Shown: in pieces, positions 23,929 through 24,636 of the stretch
How the letters are laid out: each line of letters starts with the position of its first letter
Numbering within the stretch: position 1 is the first letter of the stretch
From: a virus
Taxonomy: Duplodnaviria > Caudoviricetes
IMG/VR virus record: IMGVR_UViG_3300017911_001082
Span: 1-24,636 of that record
Direction: 5' to 3' (one strand)
DNA: 24,636 nucleotides
Made by a program: the position numbers and the translations under genes
The notes under the pieces: generated by a model
The model's database searches: none
Told to the model about the DNA's origin: nothing
The model's input: only the letters and a program-made list of their open reading frames with translations

Positions 23929-24636
23929 GCAGTCGTACTAGAGATATTGCATCCATTCTAGGTAAGTCTGAGGCCGCAAACCCAGATAACATCAAGTTAC
24001 TCAAAGTTGGTGATGCTGCAGGTAGCGGCGGTGGAGGCGGCGGTGGAGGCGATCCTGTATTGCCTGGCGGTAGTGGTACTACAACTGGAACTGCGGCAAC
24101 TCGCATTGATCCAGGCGATGTAGTTATTCTGAATAGTTTGAATAAATTAGAACGTGCGGGTCACCAATTTCAAAACCCTCATCAGGTTTTGAATGATATC
24201 GGCGATCATTACATTGTTGACTCTTCAAACACCTCCCAAGGCAATACAAGTGGTGGAAGAGGTGCACAACTTTTATATCTTGACAACAATAAGTTTGCTG
24301 TGATAAACCATTCTGCAACATCACAGTGGAATAATAGTTATTCATCTTTATATATAAGAGTCGGACAACTTGACACTGATGGTTATCACATAAAAAAATG
24401 GGGCCCGCAAAAATCAATTTTGTCGTATTATTATAATTCTGGTACTAGTTATGGTGGCGCTCATAGCGGTTGTTGGGATGCTTGGGTTGGTACGGACAAT
24501 AAAATTCATGTTGCTGCCGGTAGAATTTACTATTCTAGTTATAAACGGCATATTGGATATATTTACACATACTATATCGATGACATTGATGATGATGACG
24601 ATCTAACTCTTTTGACGGGACACTCCGTCAGTGTTC
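23925..24636 (+). CDS. Tail-fibre/virion structural protein-like gene (3'-truncated; absent from ORF track)
   Basis: Open from ATG 23925 to the window end: MSSRTRDIASILG, Gly8 linker, G/S/T/N/Y-rich beta-type sequence. Confidence 0.7.
   Translation, partial: MSSRTRDIASILGKSEAANPDNIKLLKVGDAAGSGGGGGGGGDPVLPGGSGTTTGTAATRIDPGDVVILNSLNKLERAGHQFQNPHQVLNDIGDHYIVDSSNTSQGNTSGGRGAQLLYLDNNKFAVINHSATSQWNNSYSSLYIRVGQLDTDGYHIKKWGPQKSILSYYYNSGTSYGGAHSGCWDAWVGTDNKIHVAAGRIYYSSYKRHIGYIYTYYIDDIDDDDDLTLLTGHSVSV
24027..24050 (+). repeat. 12-bp tandem repeat encoding Gly8
   Basis: GGCGGTGGAGGC x2. Confidence 0.8.

Noticed and set aside
17282-24417. Numerous antisense and alternate-frame ORFs in the late region (e.g. 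18154-18453, 21281-21676, 22798-23196, 24124-24417)
   Set aside because: Shadows of K/E-rich plus-strand genes giving F/L/S-rich translations, with no recognisable motifs.
1-24636. Genome-wide TGA recoding as an explanation for the pilin extension
   Set aside because: Many genes end in TGA with ATGA coupling to the next gene, and recognisable proteins are intact under code 11.
1-24636. CRISPR array, rRNA, transposase or intron
   Set aside because: No regularly spaced repeats or such motifs seen; the only repeats are promoter cassettes and the Gly-linker duplication.

Overview
Fragment of a large T4-like (myovirus-type) phage genome, most likely infecting a marine alphaproteobacterium. The host inference rests on a roseobacter-like PstS and an alphaproteobacterial-type tmRNA. 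From left to right: (1) the 3' end of pstS, a cell-wall hydrolase, a MazG-like gene and a conserved phage gene; (2) a tightly coupled minus-strand operon of eight exported or membrane proteins (1721-5746) behind a T4 late promoter, including a fimbrial-pilin-like subunit with a cryptic in-frame extension after its TGA and no usher; (3) a circularly permuted two-piece tmRNA gene with tag ANDNFAPSDYALAA; (4) a roughly 7 kb AT-rich enzyme island with 3 fatty-acid desaturases, 5 2OG-Fe(II)/cupin oxygenases, a GNAT-like protein, a glycosyltransferase, a mini-SDR and a nitroreductase; (5) early genes behind sigma70 promoters (YodL-like, 5'(3')-deoxyribonucleotidase, DUF932); (6) a late block of probable head-internal proteins sharing an N-terminal F-x-x-F/Y-I/L-x-E signal, including a ligase-fold protein and a HIGH-type nucleotidyltransferase, ending in a truncated tail-fibre-like gene. 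All family calls come from motif recognition by eye; no database search was run.
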